Assembly (NCBI GenBank): GCA_937128055.1
Contig: CAKZMC010000060.1
Coordinates: forward strand, 687 to 64,686
From: an uncultured Actinomycetes bacterium
Lineage (GTDB): Bacteria > Actinomycetota > Geothermincolia > Geothermincolales > RBG-13-55-18
DNA length: 64,000 bases
Reading direction: 5' to 3'
A program made the position numbers and the translations under genes. The notes under the pieces are model-generated. The model ran no database searches, was not told where the DNA came from, and was given only the letters and a program-made list of their open reading frames with translations. Shown in pieces: positions 46,572 through 55,980 of this stretch (position 1 is the stretch's first letter; each line of letters starts with the position of its first letter).

Positions 46572-47456
46572 GTGAAAATCCATATGTGGATGTTGGAGAA
46601 GAACATGGAGAACCGCGAGGGAAGCCACGCGAGGGCCGCAGGGAAGGGCAAGGCCCTTGCCTGGGTCGCCGGCCTTCTCGTCCCGGGCCTGCTTTCGGCG
46701 GCCTTGCTGGCGGGTTGCGGGGGGAAGGGCGGGGGCACCCTGGTCTTCGCGGCCACGCGGGACCTCGACGGTTTCGGCGTCCTGGAGGAGTGGGTGGAGG
46801 ACTTCGAGCGGCGATCCGCCTGCGACGTGGAACTGGTGACGGCCGTGGACCGGGATCTCGTGGCGATGGCCAGGCACGGGGAGTGCGACGTGGTGCTCTC
46901 CCACCTCTCCGAGGAGACGGGCATGCTGGAAAGATATGGCTATGTGGAGGACAGGCAGGAAGTGATGCGCGACACCTACCTGCTGGTGGGCCCGGCGGAC
47001 GACCCGGCGAGAGCCGGGGAGGCGGGCTCTTTCCCGGAAGCCTTCACCAGGATAGCGGAGGCGAAACGGCCTTTCGTCATGCGCGTGGACGGGTCCGGCG
47101 CCGCCTTGGTGGCGGATTCCCTCTGGGAGGCGACGGGGGTGGAGGATTTCGCGGGATGGATGCGGACGGAGAAGGGAAGCATGAGGGAGACCCTGCAGCG
47201 CGCCTCCCGGGAGGGAGCCTACACCTTTTGCGACCGCAGCACGTACGAGAGCATGCGGGAGGAGCTGATGCTGGAGGTCGTCTACGAGGGCGGCGAGCCG
47301 CTGGTCAATTCCTACTTCGTGATGATGGTGAGCACCTTGCCCTACCCGGATACCAACGCCGCGGGTGCCCGGGAATTCATCGGCTACCTGCTTTCGGAGA
47401 AGGCGAGGGAGCGTCTCGTGCTGGGCTCCTGGGCGGTGCCGCCGGAGGAGCAATAG
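46572..47456 (+). CDS. TupA-like periplasmic binding lipoprotein with altered anion-binding motif (paralogue)
   Basis: Lipobox LLAGC. Same fold as TupA (GECDV.L.H, GDWYVESG-like blocks), but the TTTSTQDSG motif is replaced by AATRDLDGFG. Confidence 0.75.
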   Translation: MKIHMWMLEKNMENREGSHARAAGKGKALAWVAGLLVPGLLSAALLAGCGGKGGGTLVFAATRDLDGFGVLEEWVEDFERRSACDVELVTAVDRDLVAMARHGECDVVLSHLSEETGMLERYGYVEDRQEVMRDTYLLVGPADDPARAGEAGSFPEAFTRIAEAKRPFVMRVDGSGAALVADSLWEATGVEDFAGWMRTEKGSMRETLQRASREGAYTFCDRSTYESMREELMLEVVYEGGEPLVNSYFVMMVSTLPYPDTNAAGAREFIGYLLSEKARERLVLGSWAVPPEEQ

Positions 47457-47551
47457 CGGCGCCCGCGCCGGGCGTGGCGCGGACGCTGCGGGGGAAGCGG
47501 CTCCTGGGGCGCGCGGCAGGGGAGGTGCGAGCAGCGCGAGGAGGGGTGAAG

Positions 47552-48757
47552 ATGTTGAGCGTGGAGGAGGCGCGCGAAGCGATTCTCGCGTCCATCGCCG
47601 TCCTGCCGGAAGCGGAGGTGGGCCTCCTGGACGCCTTGGGGATGACGCTGGCGGAGGACGTGGTGGCGAGGCATGACATCCCCCCCTTCGACAACTCGGC
47701 CATGGACGGCTACGCTTTGCGCGCCGCGGATATTGCCGGCGCGTCGCCGCAGCGGCCGGTTGAGCTCGCCGTGCTGGGGGACCTGCCCGCCGGCTATGCG
47801 CCGGAGGTGGCCGTCGAGCGGGGGCAGGCCCTGCGCATAATGACCGGGGCGCCCCTGCCGCGGGGCGCCGACGCCGTGGTGCCGGTGGAGGCCACGCGCA
47901 GCGAGGGCGGCCTCGTTCATGTCATGGAAGAAGTTGCCAGGGGAACGCATGTGCGCCGGGCGGGAGAGGACGTGCGTGCGGGGGATACGGTGATGGAGGC
48001 GGGAAGGGCCGTCGCTGCGGCGGAACTGGGAATGCTTGCCAGCCTGGGATACGCGAAGGTGCGCTGCTTCCGGAGCGCCGTGGCAGGGATCATCTCCACG
48101 GGTGACGAGCTGGTAGGCGTGGAGGAGGAACTGCCGCCGGGGAAGATCCGGGACTCCAACAGCTACACCCTGTACGGGATGGTGCAGGAGGCGGGAGGTG
48201 TTCCGCTGCGCCTGGGCACGGTGCGGGATGATGCGACCCTCCTGGAACGCACCATCCTGGAGAACCTGGATCGCGTGGACCTCTTCGTCACCAGCGGCGG
48301 CGTGTCGGTGGGGGATTACGACATGGTCAAGGACGTCCTGGGGAAGCTGGGGGAGATGAACTTCTGGAAGGTGGCCATGCGCCCCGGAAAGCCCCAGGCT
48401 TTCGGGCACATCCGGGGGAAGCCGCTCTTCGGCTTGCCGGGAAACCCGGTATCGGTGATGGTCTCCTTCGAGCAGTTCGTACGCCCCGCGCTCCTCAAGA
48501 TGATGGGGAGGCGCGACCTTTTCCGGCCCACGGTGACCGCCGTCCTCGACGCTCCTCTGGGCCGCAGGGAGGGCCGGACGGAGTTCATCCGCGTGATCGC
48601 CGAGTGGCGGGAGGGCCGCTACCACGCCCGCCCCACGGGCCCCCAGGGCAGCGGCATCCTCAGCTCCATGGTGGCGTGCAGCGCGCTCGCCGTCCTTCCC
48701 GAGGAGGTGGGGCGCCTGGAGCCGGGAAGCGAGGTCACCCTGCAGCTCCTCCGCTGA
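47552..48757 (+). CDS. moeA: Molybdopterin molybdo-/tungsto-transferase MoeA
   Basis: PPFDNSAMDGYA, GDEL, GGVSVGDYD and LPGNPVS motifs of MoeA/gephyrin E-domain. ATG after GAGGAGGGG. Confidence 0.85.
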   Translation: MLSVEEAREAILASIAVLPEAEVGLLDALGMTLAEDVVARHDIPPFDNSAMDGYALRAADIAGASPQRPVELAVLGDLPAGYAPEVAVERGQALRIMTGAPLPRGADAVVPVEATRSEGGLVHVMEEVARGTHVRRAGEDVRAGDTVMEAGRAVAAAELGMLASLGYAKVRCFRSAVAGIISTGDELVGVEEELPPGKIRDSNSYTLYGMVQEAGGVPLRLGTVRDDATLLERTILENLDRVDLFVTSGGVSVGDYDMVKDVLGKLGEMNFWKVAMRPGKPQAFGHIRGKPLFGLPGNPVSVMVSFEQFVRPALLKMMGRRDLFRPTVTAVLDAPLGRREGRTEFIRVIAEWREGRYHARPTGPQGSGILSSMVACSALAVLPEEVGRLEPGSEVTLQLLR

Positions 48758-48811
48758 GCGGGCAGGGCACGAGAGGCCCGCCGCGGGGGCCTCTCGCGGC
48801 GCCCGCGCGCC

Positions 48812-50335
48812 TCACGGGACCTCCGCCGCGAAGATGGGCGGCATGGCGAGATGTACGATGGAAAAGCCGTTTCCCAGGATTTCCCCGGCCATGCTCCAGG
48901 CCTGCTCCAGCGAGCCCGCGTACTCGAAACCCAGGCGCTCCACCACCTCGCGGCTCTTTGCCCCCACCACGATCACCCGGCTCAGGTGCTCGAGCGCAGG
49001 GGCTCCCCAGTACCAGACGTAGAAGGGGTGCACCCCGTGGTAGGAGTGGTCTTCCCGGTAAGCGTGGATGAATTCCCCGCGTCTGGCGAAATCCTCCTCG
49101 AAGCGCGCCTCCATCTCCCGTGCATCCCGGGTCTGGGGGAGCACCCGCTCGAAGAACTCGATGTAGGGAAGGTGATGGCGCTGGTGGAAACCGGGCAGGA
49201 AGGGCTGCATGAGAACCAGCACCCCTCCCTTGCGCACCACCGGCCGCCCGAGGTGCATGTTGAAGACGTATCCCAGCGCCGCGTTCATGGCCAGCAGGGG
49301 GTTCATGCGCGAGAAGGCGGCGTAGGGGCAGATGTTGGGCAAGGCCAGGAAGAGGGCGTCCGCCTGCTCGTCCACCCGCACGTTCTGCTGCCGGAACAGT
49401 GCCTGGAGGGTCTCGGGGTGCACCGCGTCGGGGTTCCCGGCATGCACGGCGATGGGCGAGTAAGCGGCGCGCAGCAGGGAGGAGAAAGCGCTCTTCGCCG
49501 CCTGGGGGAAAGGGCGCGAGACGCGGAAGGGAAGGGGCACCTTCTTCCGCGAGAGGGATAGGTAGCGGTCGAGGGGGCCGGGCCAGACGCGGTTGTTGAG
49601 CACCGTCTCCAGGCTCAGCATGCGGGCGTGGCGGGCGAGGTGCCTTCCCTGCTCCCGCAGGATGTCGTGGAAGCGGCTGCGGGGGTCCATGACCGAGCCG
49701 CCGCTGAGCACGGAGGGGTTGTGATGGGCGCGTATGGACCGGTAGGTCCCCAGGCCCACGAGGTACGATTTCCAGCCCCCGTTCATGCTGGTCCAGTTGA
49801 CGTTGACGTAGACGGTGAGGTCCGATTCCAGCAGCCTGCGGTTGACCTCCACCGGGTATCCATTGGCAGTATTTCCCAGATTCACGTTTCCCGCCGGGTC
49901 TTCGGCGTCGTGGTTGGCGATGCGGTCGGGCCCCATCACCATCCACACCCTCTTCCCCAGCAGGTGCCGGAGTTCCCGTTCCGTCCACTTGCGGTGCAGG
50001 CCCACGGCGCAGACCAGGTTCACGTTCTCCCTCCGCACGCCCTGCGAGAAGAGCTCTTCCAGCACCACCTCCACGGCCAGGCCACGGGGATCCCTGGGCA
50101 CGGGGGGCAGGGGCAGGCAGGGATCGTCGAAGGCGATGGTCACCCGTGAGCGCGGGTTGACCAGCTCGCGCAAGGGAGGGGAGCCCAGAGGCCGGCCGAG
50201 GGCTTCCCTGACCGCTCCCTGGAAATCGGATAAGGCCGGAAGGCAGGAGGGAGCCTCGATGACCCGGGTGCGCTCCGGGAGCTCCACCTGCACGAGGTCG
50301 TCCCCGCAAAAGACCAGCCTGCGCATATCGCTCAC
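48812..50335 (-). CDS. LarA-like (lactate racemase family, DUF2088) protein
   Basis: 507 aa with LarA N-terminal domain features. The alternative-frame ORF 48735..50360 is a Gly/Arg/Pro-rich artefact. Confidence 0.65.
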   Translation of the reverse strand: MSDMRRLVFCGDDLVQVELPERTRVIEAPSCLPALSDFQGAVREALGRPLGSPPLRELVNPRSRVTIAFDDPCLPLPPVPRDPRGLAVEVVLEELFSQGVRRENVNLVCAVGLHRKWTERELRHLLGKRVWMVMGPDRIANHDAEDPAGNVNLGNTANGYPVEVNRRLLESDLTVYVNVNWTSMNGGWKSYLVGLGTYRSIRAHHNPSVLSGGSVMDPRSRFHDILREQGRHLARHARMLSLETVLNNRVWPGPLDRYLSLSRKKVPLPFRVSRPFPQAAKSAFSSLLRAAYSPIAVHAGNPDAVHPETLQALFRQQNVRVDEQADALFLALPNICPYAAFSRMNPLLAMNAALGYVFNMHLGRPVVRKGGVLVLMQPFLPGFHQRHHLPYIEFFERVLPQTRDAREMEARFEEDFARRGEFIHAYREDHSYHGVHPFYVWYWGAPALEHLSRVIVVGAKSREVVERLGFEYAGSLEQAWSMAGEILGNGFSIVHLAMPPIFAAEVP

Positions 50336-50417
50336 CCCCGTCTATCTCGCCGCCCGGCACCTTTCGCCCGTATTCGCGTTCCGGGATGAAGAAAGTCCCT
50401 CGAGCGCGAGGAACGTC

Positions 50418-51608
50418 TCAACCCATGGCACCGGATGCCAGCACACGCTCCGCCTCCTCGCCGTCCTTGCCCAGGACCTCGGTGAGGAGCCAGCGGTTGT
50501 GCTCCCCCAGGGCGGGCGCGGGCCCCCTGGGCCGGATATCGGACCGCGCCGCCTTGATCGCGGGGCCGAAGGCGGTTATGCCGCCCACGCCCGGCTGTTC
50601 CAGTTCCACCAGCATGCCGCGGGCCCTGGTGTGGGGATGCTCGACCACCTGCTTCACGTCCTGGATGGGAGCCCCGGGCACGCCGTGCTTCTGCAGGAGT
50701 TCCCATGCCTCGGCGGTGGAAAGCTCGTCCGACCAGCCCTCGATTATCTCCTTCAGGGCGGCCTCGTTGGCGTTGCGCGCGAAGAGGTCGCGGAACCTCT
50801 CGTCCTCGGCGAGATCCGGCCTGCCCATGGCCTCGCAGAGGCTGTGGAAGGGGTGATCACCCACGCAGATGATGAAGACGTGTCCGTCCCGTGTGCGGAA
50901 GGTGTCGAAGGGGGTGACGTAGGGATACCTGTTTCCCGTCCTCTGCGGGATATTGCCCGTCACCGTGTAGTCCACGAACTTCGCCTCCAGCAGGTTGATG
51001 CCGACGTCGTACATGGAGATGTCCAGGTGCTCCCCCTCGCCCGTCCTCTCGCGGGCGAAGAGGGCGGCGCAGACGGCGAAGGCGGCATTGAAGGCCGTTG
51101 CTATGTCTATGATCAGGGTGCCGGAGCGCAAGGGAGGGCCGTCCGGGAAACCGGTGGTGCTCATGAGCCCGCTCATGGCCTGGATCACGGCGTCGTAAGC
51201 GGGGAGGCGGGAGAGGGGGCCGTACTGGCCGTAACCGGATATGGAGCACATCACCAGGCGGGGATTGATCTCCCTGAGGCTCTCGTAACCCAGGCCCAGT
51301 TTTTCCATGACCCCGGGGCGGAAGCTCTCCACCAGCACGTCGGAGAGGGAGGCCAGCTCGCGAAAGAGCCGCACCCCTTCGGGGTTCTTGAGGTCGATGG
51401 TCACCCCCTTTTTCCCGCGGTTCAGCACGGCGAAAGATGCCGACATGCCGTCCTTGTAGGGAGGGAAGAGCCTGGCCTCGTCGCCCAACCCGGGCCTTTC
51501 GACCTTTATCACCTCCGCTCCCATATCCGCGAGGAAAAAGGCGCAGCCGGGACCGGCTACGGTGGTGGTGAAGTCGATCACCCTGATCCCCTCGAGCATG
51601 GAACGCAT
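50418..51608 (-). CDS. Family III CoA-transferase (CaiB/BaiF/Frc/BbsEF family)
   Basis: MLEGIRVIDFTTTVAGPGCAFFLADMGAEVIKVERP... catalytic Asp context (GYDAVIQAMSGLMSTTG). About 396 aa. Confidence 0.85.
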   Translation of the reverse strand: MRSMLEGIRVIDFTTTVAGPGCAFFLADMGAEVIKVERPGLGDEARLFPPYKDGMSASFAVLNRGKKGVTIDLKNPEGVRLFRELASLSDVLVESFRPGVMEKLGLGYESLREINPRLVMCSISGYGQYGPLSRLPAYDAVIQAMSGLMSTTGFPDGPPLRSGTLIIDIATAFNAAFAVCAALFARERTGEGEHLDISMYDVGINLLEAKFVDYTVTGNIPQRTGNRYPYVTPFDTFRTRDGHVFIICVGDHPFHSLCEAMGRPDLAEDERFRDLFARNANEAALKEIIEGWSDELSTAEAWELLQKHGVPGAPIQDVKQVVEHPHTRARGMLVELEQPGVGGITAFGPAIKAARSDIRPRGPAPALGEHNRWLLTEVLGKDGEEAERVLASGAMG

Positions 51609-51848
51609 CTCCGCGACCTCCTTCCCCCATGTTGCACCACGAAATCAGCTTCGCTGCCGGATGGAATCAGGATACCACATGCCGGCCGCGGAACGGCAAG
51701 AAGGACCGTCGAGGGTTCCCGCGCGCCCCCGCCCCCTTGCGGGACGTTTACGTGGCGGAAACGGGGATGCGAGGGCCTTGCGATGGTATCATATTGCGTG
51801 ATGCGCCGTGGACGCCCCCTTGCCGGCGCCGAGTGACGGGAGTGAAAC

Positions 51849-53153
51849 GTGAAGGAGCTGCGTAAAAGGGTCGCGTGGGCAAAGAGCCGAAACGCGACCA
51901 TGGCCAACCTCTTCGAGAACCTGGCCCGTGTCTACGGCGGGGCGGAGGCCATGAAGGTCGCCTCACCGGATGCATGTAAGATTTTTCCAGGAGGGTCGGT
52001 CACCCATGAGGATGCACTCCGTTTCACCAACCTGGCGGCGGAGGCGCTCATCAACGAGATGGATCTGCTGAAGGGGGAACGCGTGCTGGTGATGACCATG
52101 GACGGGGGCGAGGGTTTCCTCCTGGCGTCGGCGGTGATCAAGGCGGGCGGCATCGTGGTGCCTGTGCTGAGCGCGTGTGATGACGAGGAGCTGGCGTACC
52201 TCGTGCGCAGTTGCGGCGTGAACGTGGCGCTGGTACGGACGCGGCTGCTGGAAGGTCACCCGCGCCTGCGGGAGGCGTTGGGGGGGAAGGTGCGGCTGAT
52301 GGAAGTCGGGCAGGCGCCGCAGGCGGGGGAGGACGCCCCCACGCTTTACCAGGCCCTGGAAGGCGCGGGAGGGTTTTTCCTTCCCTACACCCTGAAGCCC
52401 GGAAACCCGGTGCTGCTCTGCGGGGTGGGTGGATGCGATGGCCCCATGCGGGCGGTGATGGTCACCAACCGGGGGCTGATGTCCCCGGCGCGCTTGCTGT
52501 CCCCCTTGCTGCCGGCGCGGGTGGGTGATCTCTGCCTGGTCTGCAGCCCACCCGAGAAGCCCTCCCTCTTCGCCGCCGTGGTGCTGGCCCTGGCTGCCGG
52601 GATGAGGCTGCGCTTCCTGTTCTCCCACGGGACGGAGGAGCTCCAAGTGTTGCTGGAGGAGGAAAGGCCCGCGGCGATCCTGGGGGATCCACGCTGTCTC
52701 TGCGAGCTGGCGCAGATGTATCCGCCGGCGGGAGAGCATGCATCGCCGAAATTGTGGCTGAGCGCCGGTTTGCTGGGAGAGGAGGCGGAGGCGTCCTTAC
52801 GCCCCTTGCGGGAGCAGGAAGTACCCGGGCGAAGGCATTGGCTGGTGGAGACATTTACCGCCGGGGAGCACGCCACCATCGCGGGGCTGCGCATCTCCCG
52901 CGGCGGACGGCGAAGCCGCGTGACTTTCCCCTGCATGGCGCTGCCCCCCAACCGCGTGCGCCATTTGCGCGCCGACGGCACCCGCGCGGGGAGGGGAGAG
53001 GAAGGGGAGCTGGTGGTCAGGGGACCCGCCGTCACGCCCGGCTATTGGAACGACCTGGAAACCACCTTCCGCAACTGGAGGGAGGGCTGGCTGCACACCG
53101 GGCTGCGAGGGAAGGCGGGCCCGTGCGGGATTCCCGGGAACGAGCCCTCTTGA
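51849..53153 (+). CDS. AMP-dependent synthetase/ligase-like protein, degenerate and C-terminally truncated (possible pseudogene)
   Basis: Has the acyl-CoA ligase motif GEEGELVVRGPAVTPGYWNDLETTFRNWREGWLHTG but a degenerate P-loop (LLCGVGGCDGPMRAV) and no C-terminal about 110-aa domain. The +1 frame continues ...RERALLITGD, suggesting a frameshift. Confidence 0.55.
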   Translation: MKELRKRVAWAKSRNATMANLFENLARVYGGAEAMKVASPDACKIFPGGSVTHEDALRFTNLAAEALINEMDLLKGERVLVMTMDGGEGFLLASAVIKAGGIVVPVLSACDDEELAYLVRSCGVNVALVRTRLLEGHPRLREALGGKVRLMEVGQAPQAGEDAPTLYQALEGAGGFFLPYTLKPGNPVLLCGVGGCDGPMRAVMVTNRGLMSPARLLSPLLPARVGDLCLVCSPPEKPSLFAAVVLALAAGMRLRFLFSHGTEELQVLLEEERPAAILGDPRCLCELAQMYPPAGEHASPKLWLSAGLLGEEAEASLRPLREQEVPGRRHWLVETFTAGEHATIAGLRISRGGRRSRVTFPCMALPPNRVRHLRADGTRAGRGEEGELVVRGPAVTPGYWNDLETTFRNWREGWLHTGLRGKAGPCGIPGNEPS

Positions 53154-53192
53154 TCACCGGCGATTAAGGGGTGCCGCCCGCTGCGCCGAGCA

Positions 53193-55874
53193 TCAGGAGC
53201 CTTCAGCCCGTTCCCCTTCGGTGGCGTCCTGTGCGGCGGGCTGCGAACTCGCCTTGCGGCGTTGTATGCGGCGCAACGCATCCGTAACCGCATCCCTGAC
53301 CGTCTCGCTCCGGTCGTTCGTGAACTGCATGAGGAAAGAGCGGCATTCCTCGTTGCCGATGGAGCCCAGGGCGCGGGCGGCGGCTGCCCTCAGCGGATCC
53401 CGCCTCCCCAGCCGGAAGGGGTTGCGGGAGCCCTTGCGCAAGAGGCTTTGGCAGTAGGGTATGGCGGAATGGTCGCCGATCTCCCCCAAGGCCCACAGCG
53501 CGGCCGCCTTAACCGCGTTGCTGCGGTGCCTTTCGCGGTGGAAGCTGCGCGGGGGTTTGACCACGTCGACCAGGACGGGAGCGGTGGAGACGTCGCGCAT
53601 GCGCCCCAGCCCCAGGCAGGCTTCCCTCTGCACCTGCTCGTCCCGGTCGTTCAGGGCTTCCACCAGGAGGGAAACGGTTTCCGGGGTGCGGATGCGGGAG
53701 ACGGCCTTGATGGTTTCGCGCCGCACCTCCGGGTTCTGGTGCTTGATGAAGCGCGCCAGGGACTGGATGATGGAGCGGTTGCCGATCTCCGCTAGGATGG
53801 AGACGATGTTGCGGTACATGTGCCAGGGGTTGTATTTCTCGAGGTCATTGATGAGGCTGAGGATAGCGTCCTTGCCGATGTTCTCCAGGGCCTCGAAGGT
53901 GACCCTCCTCACCAGGAGGTCCTCGCTGTCCTTGAGTACCCGGATGAGCGGCTGCACTGACTTGTCCTCGAACTTGATGAGCAACTCCGCCACCTCGGTT
54001 ATGGTCTGGATGTCGCCCTCGCGCAGGACGTCGGCCAGGGTATCCAGGACCGAGGGGCTGGCCACGGTGGCCACCGCGTCCAGGGCCACCTTTCGCTGCT
54101 CCGGCTTGCGGCTTTCGTCGGCGCCGTGGTGGCGCCAGAAGGTGTCTATGATGTCAAGGGCCGCCGGGTATTCCTGGGAGAGGATGAAGGTCTGCGCCAG
54201 GGTGACCAGGCATCCGGCCAGGGTGGTGTAGATCTCGGTGAGCTCGCGCTCCCGCTCCAGCCTTTCCAGCAGGCGCTCCTTCATCTCGTAGGCGACGGGG
54301 AACTCCTGCAGGCGGCGGCTCATCTCCAGGGCATCGGGGATGTTGCGCAGGGTCTCCGCCGTCTTCAGGCGTATCTCAGGGCTCATGTCCTCCAGGTTGT
54401 CAAGGAGGCTTTCCAGGACCTTGATCACCGTTTCGGGTCGCCTGGACCGGTAGAGTTTCTGCAGCAGCCGGGGGATGTTCTCGTCGATGGTCAGGCTGCG
54501 TGAAAGCTCGTCTATGTCCAGGGTAAGTCCCTCCTGCACCAGCATGCTGCTGACCTGGTAGACGAGGGTGCTGGCGCCAGCGCTCCCCGTTTCGCTCTTG
54601 CCGTTGACGATCTTCTTCCACATGTCCGCCTGGAAGACGCGGTCACTCACCTTGGCTTCCCATGGCTTGCCCACCGAGGACTGGTAGATCTCGTCGATGA
54701 GCGCGGAGAGGTCGTGCATGCGCTTCTCCTGCTCGGCGCCGAGGGAAGCTTCGCTTTCTTCCGAGAGGCGTTCCAGGTATTCGTGCTCGCGGATCACGCT
54801 CTCCAGCAGGTCGAGGGCCTTGTTCTCACGAAGACCTTCCAGGATTTTCCTGCGAATGTCGAGCTCCTCGAGGGCCTCCGGCTTGTCGAGCAGGAGGAAG
54901 TCCTTGAGCTCGGAGGGTTCCAGGAAGGCGGCGGCCTTGGCGATCTCTTCCTCGTCCATGCGCCGCAGTTCCTCGTCCGGCAGCTCCTTGAGCAGGAGGG
55001 CGCTTCTCTGCAGGGCGTCGCATACCGCCCGCAGGGCGGCTTCCGGGTCCTCCTGTCCCACCACGATCTCCCGCACCGCCTGCCGTAGCAGGAGGCTCAA
55101 GCGGGGTGGATTGGAGATGACGCCCCGGATGGTTTCCTCGCCGGCCTGCCCCCGGTCGTATATTCCAAGGATGTAATTGACGAAGCGCTCGTCCTTCAGC
55201 TTCTCCTCGAGGCGGAGCAGTTCCTCCTCGCGAAAGCGGGTCTCCTCCTTTTCGGCGGCCTCCGCGGTCACCACTTCCTCGTCGGTGACGGAGACGAAGC
55301 GCCTCTCGTTTACCAGGATATGGGAACAACTTGCGCGCTGGACCTCCTCCGCCAGGCCACCCAGCTGGCGCAGCTCCTCCGGGTCCTTGGCCATTATGTA
55401 GAGGAAGCTGAGGAACTCCTCCTGGCTCATGCCGTGGCTGAACGTGATGCTGTAAACGTCGCGGCGGCGCAGCCCTTCCAGGAAGGAAAGGACCGGCGGC
55501 CGCACCTGGTCGCGGTCGTGGAGGCGTTCCCCGTTCACCAGGAGAAGGTTGTCGGCTTCTCCCAAGGTGAGTTTCCCGGTCTGGGTCAGGAGGGGCTCAA
55601 CGCGAGCGAAGGCCGTCTCCACGGAAGCCGAGATCATGTCGCTGGTGGGAGGATACATGTGGATGTTGATCATGGCCGCGTTGAGGGCGATGAGCAGCTC
55701 CACCGCCCTGCGGGCCAGCTCCTCGCCCGCCTCTCCCTCGTCGGGGGTCCCGGGCGGGCCTGTCCTCTCCTCCTCCATGTCCTTCCCGTCCCTGTCGTCG
55801 GCTTCTGTCCGCCCGCGCTCCCGTATCGACGCGGGCTTTTCCTCTTGCCAGGGTGCTTCCAGCGGAAGCGCCAA
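53193..55874 (-). CDS. Large HEAT/PBS-lyase-repeat protein, function unknown
   Basis: 893 aa. Acidic N-terminus, long alpha-helical body, C-terminal HEAT-like repeats (PEVRRETIKAVSRI, DRDEQVQREACLGLGRM, VKAAALWALGEIGD, RAAAARALGSIGN). Confidence 0.75.
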   Translation of the reverse strand: MALPLEAPWQEEKPASIRERGRTEADDRDGKDMEEERTGPPGTPDEGEAGEELARRAVELLIALNAAMINIHMYPPTSDMISASVETAFARVEPLLTQTGKLTLGEADNLLLVNGERLHDRDQVRPPVLSFLEGLRRRDVYSITFSHGMSQEEFLSFLYIMAKDPEELRQLGGLAEEVQRASCSHILVNERRFVSVTDEEVVTAEAAEKEETRFREEELLRLEEKLKDERFVNYILGIYDRGQAGEETIRGVISNPPRLSLLLRQAVREIVVGQEDPEAALRAVCDALQRSALLLKELPDEELRRMDEEEIAKAAAFLEPSELKDFLLLDKPEALEELDIRRKILEGLRENKALDLLESVIREHEYLERLSEESEASLGAEQEKRMHDLSALIDEIYQSSVGKPWEAKVSDRVFQADMWKKIVNGKSETGSAGASTLVYQVSSMLVQEGLTLDIDELSRSLTIDENIPRLLQKLYRSRRPETVIKVLESLLDNLEDMSPEIRLKTAETLRNIPDALEMSRRLQEFPVAYEMKERLLERLERERELTEIYTTLAGCLVTLAQTFILSQEYPAALDIIDTFWRHHGADESRKPEQRKVALDAVATVASPSVLDTLADVLREGDIQTITEVAELLIKFEDKSVQPLIRVLKDSEDLLVRRVTFEALENIGKDAILSLINDLEKYNPWHMYRNIVSILAEIGNRSIIQSLARFIKHQNPEVRRETIKAVSRIRTPETVSLLVEALNDRDEQVQREACLGLGRMRDVSTAPVLVDVVKPPRSFHRERHRSNAVKAAALWALGEIGDHSAIPYCQSLLRKGSRNPFRLGRRDPLRAAAARALGSIGNEECRSFLMQFTNDRSETVRDAVTDALRRIQRRKASSQPAAQDATEGERAEGS

Positions 55875-55980
55875 ACATCCCCTCTAAAAGATATTTATCG
55901 TCAGCCCCCGGTGCTTACATTAGGAGGCTTGCCTGCGAACACATTCCCAGGCGCGCGCCACGATAGGCTACAATAGCATT

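Noticed and set aside
48735-50360. 541-aa alternative-frame ORF on the LarA-like locus
   Set aside because: Same strand but a different frame from 48812..50335. Gly/Arg/Pro-rich, whereas the chosen frame has normal composition and LarA-like motifs.
49815-51836. 673-aa plus-strand ORF
   Set aside because: Antisense to the LarA-like and CoA-transferase genes.
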